Origin: an uncultured Candidatus Poseidoniales archaeon
Lineage (GTDB): Archaea > Thermoplasmatota > Poseidoniia > Poseidoniales > CAYMED01
Assembly (NCBI GenBank): GCA_964389655.1
Contig: CAYMED010000001.1
Span: 39,770 to 103,769, forward strand
Length of the DNA: 64,000 nucleotides
Reading direction: 5' to 3'
In this document: piece after piece, positions 39,392-47,585 of the stretch
Position numbering within the stretch: position 1 is the stretch's first letter
How the letters are laid out: each line of letters starts with the position of its first letter
The notes under the pieces: generated by a model
The model's database searches: none
Told to the model about the DNA's origin: nothing
The model's input: the letters and a program-made list of their open reading frames with translations, nothing else
Translations under genes and position numbers: made by a program

Positions 39392-40246
39392 TTATTCTCC
39401 TTTGAAATTTGCCACACGCTTTTCTACATATGCAGCAATTCCTTCCTTTGCATCACTACTGTTGAAGAGTGCAGCTTGTAATTCACGTTCAAGTGCGAGA
39501 TGGTACTCAAATGGTATTTCGGACCCAGTTTGGACACTTCTTTTGATGTTCCCTACTGCTTTTGCGGCTTTATTTGGCAGGGTGAACTGGCCCGCCCAAT
39601 CAAGCACGTCTCGCCTGAATTCAGCAGCATTTCCCTCAAATACATGATTGATCAACCCCATTTCAATTCCATCTTCAAATGATTTGAGTTCTCCAGTGAC
39701 CATCATTTCCATCGCTTTCGCCTTTCCGATTAATCGGCTAAGTCTTGCAGTCCCTCCAGTTCCTGCAAGAACTCCCAAATTAATCTCGGGGAGCCCTATT
39801 TTTCCAGCATTCTTTCGAGCAATACGTATGTCTGCTGCCATTGCAATTTCAAGTCCTCCTCCCACTGCATGGCCGTTCATCGCACAAATCACCAATTTCG
39901 GAGTTTGTTCAAGTCTCGATAACGTTTCATTTGCATGAAGACAAAAGCAGTATTTGAAACCAGGGCTTACACTATTCAGCATCTGGATGCTAGCTCCCGC
40001 TGAGAAGAATTTCTCTCCGTGTCCGATTAGAACAATTACAGTTACATCATCATCAAACCTTGCACGAACAATTGCTTCGTCTAGGTCTCGCATCATTTCG
40101 TGAGTGTAGGTATTCGGACCTTGCCCTCCTTCCGCTAGAGGCTCGCCCGAAGAATCACTAGCCAATTCTATGATTGCAATTCCGTTGGGAGTGGTGCCAT
40201 AATTCACGAGTTTGTTCGGCATTGCTTCAAGAATATGATCATTCAT
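39392..40246 (-). CDS. Crotonase-family protein resembling the BoxC N-terminal domain (oxepin-CoA hydrolase candidate)
   Basis: NTY..RARFD, FSAGASIQML, FKYCFCLHANET, GGGLE, LPEI, GTGG; start at ATG 40246 with a GGAGA RBS. Confidence 0.75.
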   Translation of the reverse strand: MNDHILEAMPNKLVNYGTTPNGIAIIELASDSSGEPLAEGGQGPNTYTHEMMRDLDEAIVRARFDDDVTVIVLIGHGEKFFSAGASIQMLNSVSPGFKYCFCLHANETLSRLEQTPKLVICAMNGHAVGGGLEIAMAADIRIARKNAGKIGLPEINLGVLAGTGGTARLSRLIGKAKAMEMMVTGELKSFEDGIEMGLINHVFEGNAAEFRRDVLDWAGQFTLPNKAAKAVGNIKRSVQTGSEIPFEYHLALERELQAALFNSSDAKEGIAAYVEKRVANFKGE

Positions 40247-40340
40247 ATTTCTCCGAATCGGAAGAGATTCAAGAACTGATCGCAGGTTTGTTGATTGAAT
40301 TAAGGGGAGGATTTGAGGCCTTGAACCCTTTCGGAATGCT

Positions 40341-40766
40341 ATGGCCTGTGCCATTCACGTCGAAGTTGTGGAAGATGCTCTTTCTCCGGGTGAATTCCGC
40401 AAGCGACTGTCAGTCGAAAAAAGTGGCTGTATCGTTTCGTTTGAAGGAATTGTTAGAGGGATGGAAAAAGGTGTCCGCGTAAAGCAACTAGAATTCGATG
40501 CATGGCGTACCTGGTTAGTATCTATTCTTGTAGGCCTTGCACGTTCTGCGGCGATAAAGTGGCCTTTACATGGTATCGTGATTGCCCACCGTGTGGGTGT
40601 TGTGGGGCCGAGTGAGCCAATTGTATCTATTCATGTCAGTTCAGCCCATCGTGTAGATGCGTATGCAGCCAACAACTGGCTGATCGATGAGATGAAGTCT
40701 CAGGCCCCTTTGTGGAAGAAGGAAGTAACTGAGATGGGTGAGACCTGGCGCTCAGGACTCGGGTGA
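40341..40766 (+). CDS. moaE: Molybdopterin synthase catalytic subunit
   Basis: SFEGIVR, HRVG, SSAHR, IDEMK..PLWKKE. Confidence 0.92.
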   Translation: MACAIHVEVVEDALSPGEFRKRLSVEKSGCIVSFEGIVRGMEKGVRVKQLEFDAWRTWLVSILVGLARSAAIKWPLHGIVIAHRVGVVGPSEPIVSIHVSSAHRVDAYAANNWLIDEMKSQAPLWKKEVTEMGETWRSGLG

Positions 40767-41237
40767 GTGACGAATATGGAGAAAAGAGTCAACACGATTG
40801 TCGACATATCTGCCAAGGAAATTGTAAAGAGAACTTCGATCGCATCAGGTATGCTAATTCTATCAGAAGAGGGGTGTGCTGTTGCCAAGAATGGGAGAAC
40901 AAAAAAAGGTGATTTGTTTGAGGCTATGCGGATATCTGCAACATTGGCGATCAAAGAAACCCCTCGAATAATTCCGCATTGTCATTTGATTCCAATTACA
41001 AACACGATCATCTCAATTGAGGCTCAATCTAATGGCATTTATGTTGAAGTTGAAGTGTCTACTCTCGCCTCCACTGGTGTTGAGATGGAGGCTCTTTGTG
41101 GTGTAAATGCTGCCCTTTTATGCGCATGGGACATGCTGAAAATGTATGAAAAAAATGAGGGTGGACAATACCCTTGGACACGAATAGAATCCATATCTAT
41201 TCTAGAGAAACGAAAAGGATTTCCCGCGAAGGATTGA
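40767..41237 (+). CDS. moaC: Cyclic pyranopterin monophosphate synthase
   Basis: VDISAK, KKGD, IPHCH, TGVEMEAL, WDMLK, GQYP. Confidence 0.94.
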   Translation: MTNMEKRVNTIVDISAKEIVKRTSIASGMLILSEEGCAVAKNGRTKKGDLFEAMRISATLAIKETPRIIPHCHLIPITNTIISIEAQSNGIYVEVEVSTLASTGVEMEALCGVNAALLCAWDMLKMYEKNEGGQYPWTRIESISILEKRKGFPAKD

Positions 41238-41261
41238 ACATCCATTCCCTTTGGCGGATCT

Positions 41262-42218
41262 ATGGGCCAAGTTTCTGACCTTGTGGCACATTTTGTCGAA
41301 GCCACTCAACGAGCGGCTATTGCCAGCATTGCCTGGCGTGGAAAAGGTAACAGCAAGGCTGCGGATCAAGCAGCAGTGGATGCCATGAGGTCTGTGTTGG
41401 GAAGTGCTCCTTTTGATGGGCGGATCGCAATTGGTGAGGGTGAGAGGGACGAAGCCCCAATGCTCTACATTGGAGAAGAATTAGGCAAGGGTGTCGGAAT
41501 CGCAGGCTCAATTTTAGTGGATATTGCGGTGGACCCTCTAGAGTGCACGACGAATTGTGCAAAGAACTTGCCCAATGCTTTGGCGGTATTGGCAGCCGCG
41601 CCCCGTGGTGCCCTCCTACATGCCCCGGATACCTATATGGACAAAATTGCAGGCACTCCCGATCTCAAAGGGGTCGTTTCTCTTGATGCATCCATCGAAG
41701 AGAATATTCTCGCAGTTGCCTCTACTAAAGGGGTGCAAGTATCGGGCGTTCGAGTTGTAATGCTTGACCGCCCTCGTCATCAAGATCAAATCCACCAACT
41801 TCGAGAATTGGGCGTTTCACTCACACTGATGTCAGATGGCGACATATCTGCTGCAATTTGGGCTGCAAGGCCGGATGGTCCATTTGATTTACTGCTGGGT
41901 GTTGGTGCGGCCCCCGAAGGCGTTATCGCCGCCACTGCGATTAGGGGCCTTGGCGGAGTATTCGAGGGCCGCCTTTCCTTCCGTGACCAAGTAGATCGCA
42001 TGCGGGCTGAGAAAATGTTACCTGGGGTTGATTTAGATCGTGTTTTCTCTGCAGAGGACTTGTGCACATCAACTGATGCGATTTTTGTTGCAACTGGTGT
42101 TAATTCTGGCTATCTAGAGGGGGTTGTAGAAACGACAAATGGTATGCAGACGACCACCGAAGTCATTGATGTACAATCTAGAACTGTGCGCCTGATCAGT
42201 GAGTTGAAAGAGCAGTAA
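41262..42218 (+). CDS. glpX: Class II fructose-1,6-bisphosphatase
   Basis: ADQAAVDAMR, IGEGERDEAPMLYIGE, DIAVDPLE, YMDK, DRPRH, DGD, APEGV. Confidence 0.95.
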   Translation: MGQVSDLVAHFVEATQRAAIASIAWRGKGNSKAADQAAVDAMRSVLGSAPFDGRIAIGEGERDEAPMLYIGEELGKGVGIAGSILVDIAVDPLECTTNCAKNLPNALAVLAAAPRGALLHAPDTYMDKIAGTPDLKGVVSLDASIEENILAVASTKGVQVSGVRVVMLDRPRHQDQIHQLRELGVSLTLMSDGDISAAIWAARPDGPFDLLLGVGAAPEGVIAATAIRGLGGVFEGRLSFRDQVDRMRAEKMLPGVDLDRVFSAEDLCTSTDAIFVATGVNSGYLEGVVETTNGMQTTTEVIDVQSRTVRLISELKEQ

Positions 42219-42269
42219 CATCTCACCGTTCGGTTCAAGCCAACTTCCCGGTTCGGTTTGTTGATCACC

Positions 42270-43196
42270 ATGATGGATGTTCACGTCCCAGCAGATGTGC
42301 CGGAAGATATGCGCTCACGTTATCTTGAGAATTTTCGTCGCGCAACTTGTGGGACTGGAATGCTGAATTTGTTTGCTTGTGACCAAAAAATAGAGCACTT
42401 AAATGATGATTTCTATGATGGTGGGGAAAAAATTCCGCGGTCCAGCAATGATCCTTTGCATCTATTCAGCATAGGTCAAGCAGCTCATCAGGCAGGGACT
42501 CTAGGTGTATTGGCCGGGCAATTGGGTCTAATTGCGAGATATGCGGATGAGTTCCCCCAAATTCCATATTTGGTTAAACTCAACAGCAAGACCAATGTGG
42601 TAAAAACAGCACAAAGGGACCCAGTAAGTCTTGCTATGAATAATATCGACGATGTAGTTTCCCTGATTGAGAATGGAATTAATGTGGTTGGCATTGGATA
42701 TACGGTATACCTTGGTTCCGAATTTGAAGCAGATATGCTGACTGAAGCGGCACACTTTGTCCGGCAGGCGCATGAGATCGGGCTCATTGCAGTTACTTGG
42801 ATGTATCCGAGGGGACAGTCAATCTCAAACGAGAAAGACCCTCAACTAATCTCTGGTGCAGCTGGTGTTGCGTTATGCATTGGCGCAGATTTCACAAAAG
42901 TAAACCAGCCAGAGGCGTGGAAAGGGATGGATCGGTTTGAAAGCCTCAAAGTCTCTGTTGAAGCGGCTGGAAGAACTGGGGTGATTTGTTCAGGGGGGAG
43001 TAGCAAACCAGTAGAGGAATTTTTTGAGGATCTTTGGAATCAGGTAAATGTCGCAGGGTGCCGGGGTGCTGCAACAGGCCGCAATATTCACCAAAAAAGT
43101 ACGGAAGAGGGCACCCGAATGGTTGCTGCTTGTCACTCAATAATTTGCGCTGGTGCATCAGTAAAAGATGCTCTTAAACTGTATATAGGGGAATGA
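42270..43196 (+). CDS. Class I fructose-bisphosphate aldolase (DhnA/FbaB family)
   Basis: ACDQKIEH, VKLNSKT, GYTVYLGSE, WMYPRG, GADFTK, SGG, GRNIHQ; adjacent to glpX. Confidence 0.88.
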   Translation: MMDVHVPADVPEDMRSRYLENFRRATCGTGMLNLFACDQKIEHLNDDFYDGGEKIPRSSNDPLHLFSIGQAAHQAGTLGVLAGQLGLIARYADEFPQIPYLVKLNSKTNVVKTAQRDPVSLAMNNIDDVVSLIENGINVVGIGYTVYLGSEFEADMLTEAAHFVRQAHEIGLIAVTWMYPRGQSISNEKDPQLISGAAGVALCIGADFTKVNQPEAWKGMDRFESLKVSVEAAGRTGVICSGGSSKPVEEFFEDLWNQVNVAGCRGAATGRNIHQKSTEEGTRMVAACHSIICAGASVKDALKLYIGE

Positions 43197-43220
43197 ACCG
43201 GCCGGCCCTAAGCCAACAAT

Positions 43221-43505
43221 CTAATTCAATAGAATGGGGTCTCCATCTCTCCATTCAGGTACATTTTCAGATACCCATGTTCTCGTAGCCCACTCACAGA
43301 TCTCATAGCCCCCGCTCAAAAGCCCGGACCGTTTGATGTAGCCTACTTTCAGAATGTCTTTGTCTTTGGATAACACATTGCCTAACTGCTGGCTTGTAGT
43401 TCCGTGGCGCATCGTACTATTGATGTGCTCTAGGATTTCCGCGGTATTCCGCGGCTTATCACTCAAGAAGGCCTTAATTTTTTGTCGAATCCGTACTGTC
43501 TTCAT
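43221..43505 (-). CDS. DUF3860-like small winged-helix protein
   Basis: MKTVRIRQKIKAFL..PRNTAEILEHIN..MRHGTTSQQLGNVLSKDKD..YEICEWA; GGAGG RBS; start at ATG 43505. Confidence 0.75.
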   Translation of the reverse strand: MKTVRIRQKIKAFLSDKPRNTAEILEHINSTMRHGTTSQQLGNVLSKDKDILKVGYIKRSGLLSGGYEICEWATRTWVSENVPEWRDGDPILLN

Positions 43506-43706
43506 CTGATTTTCCTCCCTGTCATTGTCGCCACATGGGGCGGCAAAGCACAGGACATATGGAGCCCATATAACCGTTCCCTCATTGTCAGCAATTCCTT
43601 GCATTAGATTGCACGTTAGGTGGCAATAATTTGCATTAGACCCCCCCATGCAAAAACATCAGAGGTAAGGTGCAATAATATAGTAGTTATTCATGTCCGG
43701 AATGTC

Positions 43707-46205
43707 ATGAGGTCGACATATAGGCGTCATATCCTTCGCAGTCTATCGCGCGGGGATCGTACAATTTCTCAAATCACTAAGGATACTGGCCTTGATTTAG
43801 CGCACGTATCTCGCCACGCGAGTAGAATGCGTGATGACGGGTGGATCGAAGATATCGTAGATGGAAAACAGAGGGGCCGCCAACATCGAATTACTTCACT
43901 TGGTTCTCTAGAATTGAAGGAACACGAAAAAGCAGTTGTAGCTAGATTTGCCAAAATGGATCGACCCTTGGATTCAGTGCTTTGTGTGTGTGAACGATTA
44001 GGCGACCGCGCGTTGCTGATTTGTTTGCAGAAGTCCGAATCAAAGTTACACCCCTGTGGGGTTCTTGATGGACTGAGTGTTTCCAGTGGAAATGAAGGGG
44101 TGCGTACTGTTGAAACTTGGCTGGTTGAAGAAGAAGGAAGTTCTAGTTGGCTTGACCCTGAAACATTAGAGCCAGTTTCTTCTCCGCCAGTGGGTGGATT
44201 GTTGGGTTTTGACCGATTGCACCCAATCCGAATTGTCCGTGCACGAGTATTTGCATGTCATGGCCGTTTTTCTCCGTCTTTGGGATGGCAAACTTCAATC
44301 CCCTCATTGCGGGGAGAGGGCAGGGTCCTTGCAGATCTCCACGATGGTGACTGGGAATGCGGATGGCTAGACCCTCGTCTTTCCCCTATTCGCCCCCAAA
44401 AGACAATCTTTGCTACAGCAAGGGATCCAATAGCGCGTGCAGCATTGTTGCGAGCAGCAGCACCAGGTGCACTGACTCTTACCCAGTCCCCTTCTCCGCA
44501 TCTAACACATACTCTTCCAGCTTCAATTCTTAATCACTGGATTTCCATGATGCATCCCCGAACGAAGCATGCTGCCGAACTTGCAGAAATCCTCATCTTT
44601 GACACGGAAAAAGAGATTTATGGCACATTGCCCCCATCCCTTGATCGCCTTGTCCGGCGTAGTCGAACACTGCTTCATCACTCATTTCCTGGATGGCGAT
44701 TTACACATGATGCAGCACCCCCCGAATGGTTAGATCTTGGGAGGCTTAGTTCACGTGCTCGTGAGTGTGTGATTGATTGGTCACTGCATCAAATCGACCG
44801 TCCCGTATCAATCGAAACAGAATTTCCCGATATTGGCCAAATAAGATCTGCACGGGCTTCTGTGAGGCTTATTCTTTCTCAAAGAGAGCCCAAGCACCTT
44901 GAATTGGTACGGCTTGATGTACATGCACATTCTGGGAGAATATTATCTGAACTTTGCCTACCTGGGATACCAGAACCCGTCCCTCTCAAATTTGGAGTAG
45001 TTATGGAACGCATAGATGATCGGGCCTCACGGCGTAATCTCGCCGCATCGAGGTGGTTAGCACTGCTAAATAGACACCCTGCTGGATATTTAATTCTAGC
45101 AGACCCCTCCCTTCTTGAGGACCCGATGATTCAATCTGCTATCGACCGCCCGATAGGTGGTGATGAGGCATGGGCAAATTCAGTTGAAGCACTCCATCCA
45201 CTAGCAGCTTGGCTTGCGACTCCCTCTGATGAGCATCGATCTCGCTGGCAACGCATTCATAGCTCTATTGATGACAGGTGGATTGGATTGATTGACCCCT
45301 CGTCTCTCCCATTTGATGAGTTAGTGTCTTGGTCTATGCGTGCACCTGAATCTTGGCGTTCTAGGGCTGCAAAGGTGATTGAGCGCCAAATCTCCCGACA
45401 TCCAGACCGACTAGCAGAATTAGTTGTTGAAATCGCTAGGCAGGATTCTGATGCATCATCTTGGCTATCAACGATCATCATTCAAGGGCACCGTAATCTT
45501 CCTTCCGAACTTGCCCACCAGTCGCTTGAAATCTCTATTTCTAGGTGGTGTGCCCGTCCCTGTAAACCTGTAGTATCAACACTTGAATCTCTTGTTGACC
45601 AAGAATTGGTTGATGTGGATTGGGGCCACCTCAAACAATCAGGAAGAATCCGAACCGACCTGATTCAATTGTCTAATTGGATTTCTCTCGTCGAGCAGAT
45701 TGAACATGGCCGATCCCCTTCTCAAGAATGGGCGTCATTACACTTACTTGAATTGCCAGAATCATGGTGGTCGGCGAAAGCACCTGATTGGCTGAACCAC
45801 TGGGTAGAAGAACGCACAAATGGGCCCTGGCTTCTTTCAATAATCGAGTCTTGGCCGAATTTACTTCTCCGTCCCGCAGGGTCGTTATCAGGCCCCCCTT
45901 CAACACCCCCTCTCCAATATCCGGGGATTGATTCTACTTTCCTCCCAGTATTGGAGGACATTCGTGGAGCATGTCTATCCAGTGGTCAGAACCTCAATCT
46001 TGGGCATTTAGCAAGTTTAGATGATGTAATTGATGCCTTGAGGGATGCTGCTGCAGAACGCCCGCCAATTTCTGGCCGCACACACCCATGGGTAAGTCTT
46101 CTCACGCGCGAAAAATCAACATGGCCTATTCCTGACAGTTCTTGGACTAGGGGCGATCAAAAGGTAACAAGTCTCCTTTTTGAGCAATTTATACCCCATA
46201 ATTGA
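43707..46205 (+). CDS. Large protein with an N-terminal ArsR-like winged HTH and an unknown Trp-rich C-terminal region
   Basis: RHILRSLSRGDRTISQITKDTGLDLAHVSRHASRMRDDGWI...ITSLG; start estimated at ATG 43707. Confidence 0.72.
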   Translation: MRSTYRRHILRSLSRGDRTISQITKDTGLDLAHVSRHASRMRDDGWIEDIVDGKQRGRQHRITSLGSLELKEHEKAVVARFAKMDRPLDSVLCVCERLGDRALLICLQKSESKLHPCGVLDGLSVSSGNEGVRTVETWLVEEEGSSSWLDPETLEPVSSPPVGGLLGFDRLHPIRIVRARVFACHGRFSPSLGWQTSIPSLRGEGRVLADLHDGDWECGWLDPRLSPIRPQKTIFATARDPIARAALLRAAAPGALTLTQSPSPHLTHTLPASILNHWISMMHPRTKHAAELAEILIFDTEKEIYGTLPPSLDRLVRRSRTLLHHSFPGWRFTHDAAPPEWLDLGRLSSRARECVIDWSLHQIDRPVSIETEFPDIGQIRSARASVRLILSQREPKHLELVRLDVHAHSGRILSELCLPGIPEPVPLKFGVVMERIDDRASRRNLAASRWLALLNRHPAGYLILADPSLLEDPMIQSAIDRPIGGDEAWANSVEALHPLAAWLATPSDEHRSRWQRIHSSIDDRWIGLIDPSSLPFDELVSWSMRAPESWRSRAAKVIERQISRHPDRLAELVVEIARQDSDASSWLSTIIIQGHRNLPSELAHQSLEISISRWCARPCKPVVSTLESLVDQELVDVDWGHLKQSGRIRTDLIQLSNWISLVEQIEHGRSPSQEWASLHLLELPESWWSAKAPDWLNHWVEERTNGPWLLSIIESWPNLLLRPAGSLSGPPSTPPLQYPGIDSTFLPVLEDIRGACLSSGQNLNLGHLASLDDVIDALRDAAAERPPISGRTHPWVSLLTREKSTWPIPDSSWTRGDQKVTSLLFEQFIPHN
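44079..44101 (+). promoter_or_regulatory. Origin recognition box (ORB)-like element
   Basis: GTTTCCAGTGGAAATGAAGGGGT has the dyad TTTCCA-G-TGGAAA plus a G-string, matching the archaeal ORB consensus. Confidence 0.6.
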
Positions 46206-46410
46206 GACTCAAATAAGCGATGTATTGATGTCTGCTGGCCAAGACCGAGGTTTGTCCTGGACGCAACCCTCTTGTGAGTTCTGCGATGAACAAGAATACC
46301 AATTCAGGATCCAGCCTGCGCATCGAAGGAGGGAGTGATTTGGTGATCTTCCTTGCAGCCGCAGGAATCGACTGATGCATGGGTCCCCACCGGACGACAG
46401 AATGATGCAT
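46189..46410 (-). CDS. Possible small hypothetical protein
   Basis: 63-73 aa ORF in an otherwise empty 300-nt gap; no homology recognised. Confidence 0.35.
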   Translation of the reverse strand: MHHSVVRWGPMHQSIPAAARKITKSLPPSMRRLDPELVFLFIAELTRGLRPGQTSVLASRHQYIAYLSLNYGV

Positions 46411-46541
46411 GGGACAACCCCATCAGCCTACACCCCGGCAGGGGTCAACCCCCCGAGGACGTGTCCGATGACGGCGGGCGTTCCTGTCGGGACCAAAAAT
46501 GTGCATGATTGTTATTTGCTATAAGCCAAAGAAGTGGGATA

Positions 46542-47576
46542 ATGAACAATTACAACACATCGAATTTTCTTCCACCCCATAAATTGGGCCTTGTAGGGGG
46601 TACATTCGATTATTTTCATTTGGGCCATAAGTCTCTTTTTGCATCAGCGTTTGAAACATCTGAGAATATCCAAATTTGGTTATCGTCAGATGAAATGGTA
46701 ACAGCCAAAGGGATTCCTCCTACTTCTTGGCAATCTCGAGTAGATGTGATTAAAGAGAATTTAATGGCCTATCAAGGACGTTTTACATTCCATAAATTAG
46801 TTGATGAATTTGGATGTTCTAGAACGACAACAGAATGCAGTGCAATTTATTGCACTCCTGAAACTAAAGTGACATGCAATGAAATTAACCTCATACGTGT
46901 ATCGAGTGGTTTAACCCCTCTTGTAATCATTGAAGTACCCCATTACAGGGGTGAGAATGGCCTAATTCTTAGTTCAACTAGAATTCGAACAGGTGAATGT
47001 GACCTTGAAGGGAATATTTGGATTAGTGAGCAAGAGATTAACACAGGTCGTAGAATTACGTCAGACATGGATACCATACTAAAAAAACCGCGTGGAGAAA
47101 TCATCGAAGGTCCGCCAACATCCCCCCTTGTCGCAATGAAATCTTGTCTTGAAGTGCTGGGTGGAGTGAGGCCTCTTATCTCGGTTGGAGATGTTTGCTT
47201 GCGTGCCTTATTGGATCTAGATGAAATTCCAGACCTTGCCTTGGTCGATGGGCACACGCGCCGAAATGATTTGATGCCTGTTGATGCTTCAATGCGTTCA
47301 CATTTTTCCAACATATTAAGAGCCAGAAACTCTCCTGGTGAGGTTTCAGCATCCCTTTTCCACGCGGTGTCTGATTCACTTACACTAGAGGGCTCAACTT
47401 TGATTGAAGTAGATGGTGAAGAAGACCTTGCCCCCTTTGCAATTCTGTTGTCGTATCCTTTGGGGGGATCGATCGTATATGGGCAACCGAATCATGGAGT
47501 CGTGCTTAGGTCAATTGATTTGGCATCTAAATCGGATGCAAGGGAGTTGTGGCAGTTGATGGAACCGCTTGAATGA
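46542..47576 (+). CDS. coaD: Phosphopantetheine adenylyltransferase fused to DUF359 (GTP-dependent dephospho-CoA kinase)
   Basis: N: GGTFDYFHLGH, LSSTRIR. C: SVGDV, LVDGHTRR, NSPG, VDGEEDLAP, YGQP. Confidence 0.88.
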   Translation: MNNYNTSNFLPPHKLGLVGGTFDYFHLGHKSLFASAFETSENIQIWLSSDEMVTAKGIPPTSWQSRVDVIKENLMAYQGRFTFHKLVDEFGCSRTTTECSAIYCTPETKVTCNEINLIRVSSGLTPLVIIEVPHYRGENGLILSSTRIRTGECDLEGNIWISEQEINTGRRITSDMDTILKKPRGEIIEGPPTSPLVAMKSCLEVLGGVRPLISVGDVCLRALLDLDEIPDLALVDGHTRRNDLMPVDASMRSHFSNILRARNSPGEVSASLFHAVSDSLTLEGSTLIEVDGEEDLAPFAILLSYPLGGSIVYGQPNHGVVLRSIDLASKSDARELWQLMEPLE

Positions 47577-47585
47577 GGTGATCAT

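Noticed and set aside
2895-40769. Several genes separated from the next in-frame ORF by a single TGA (2895, 10858, 34716, 40764), suggesting selenocysteine or readthrough fusions given the SelB-like gene
   Set aside because: About a third of tight junctions are in frame by chance, the TGAs fall at normal C-termini rather than catalytic sites, and the SelB-like protein lacks GTPase motifs.
46206-46500. SRP RNA or RNase P RNA
   Set aside because: The size fits, but the SRP helix-8 motif and the RNase P GAGGAAAGTCC motif were not found on either strand.
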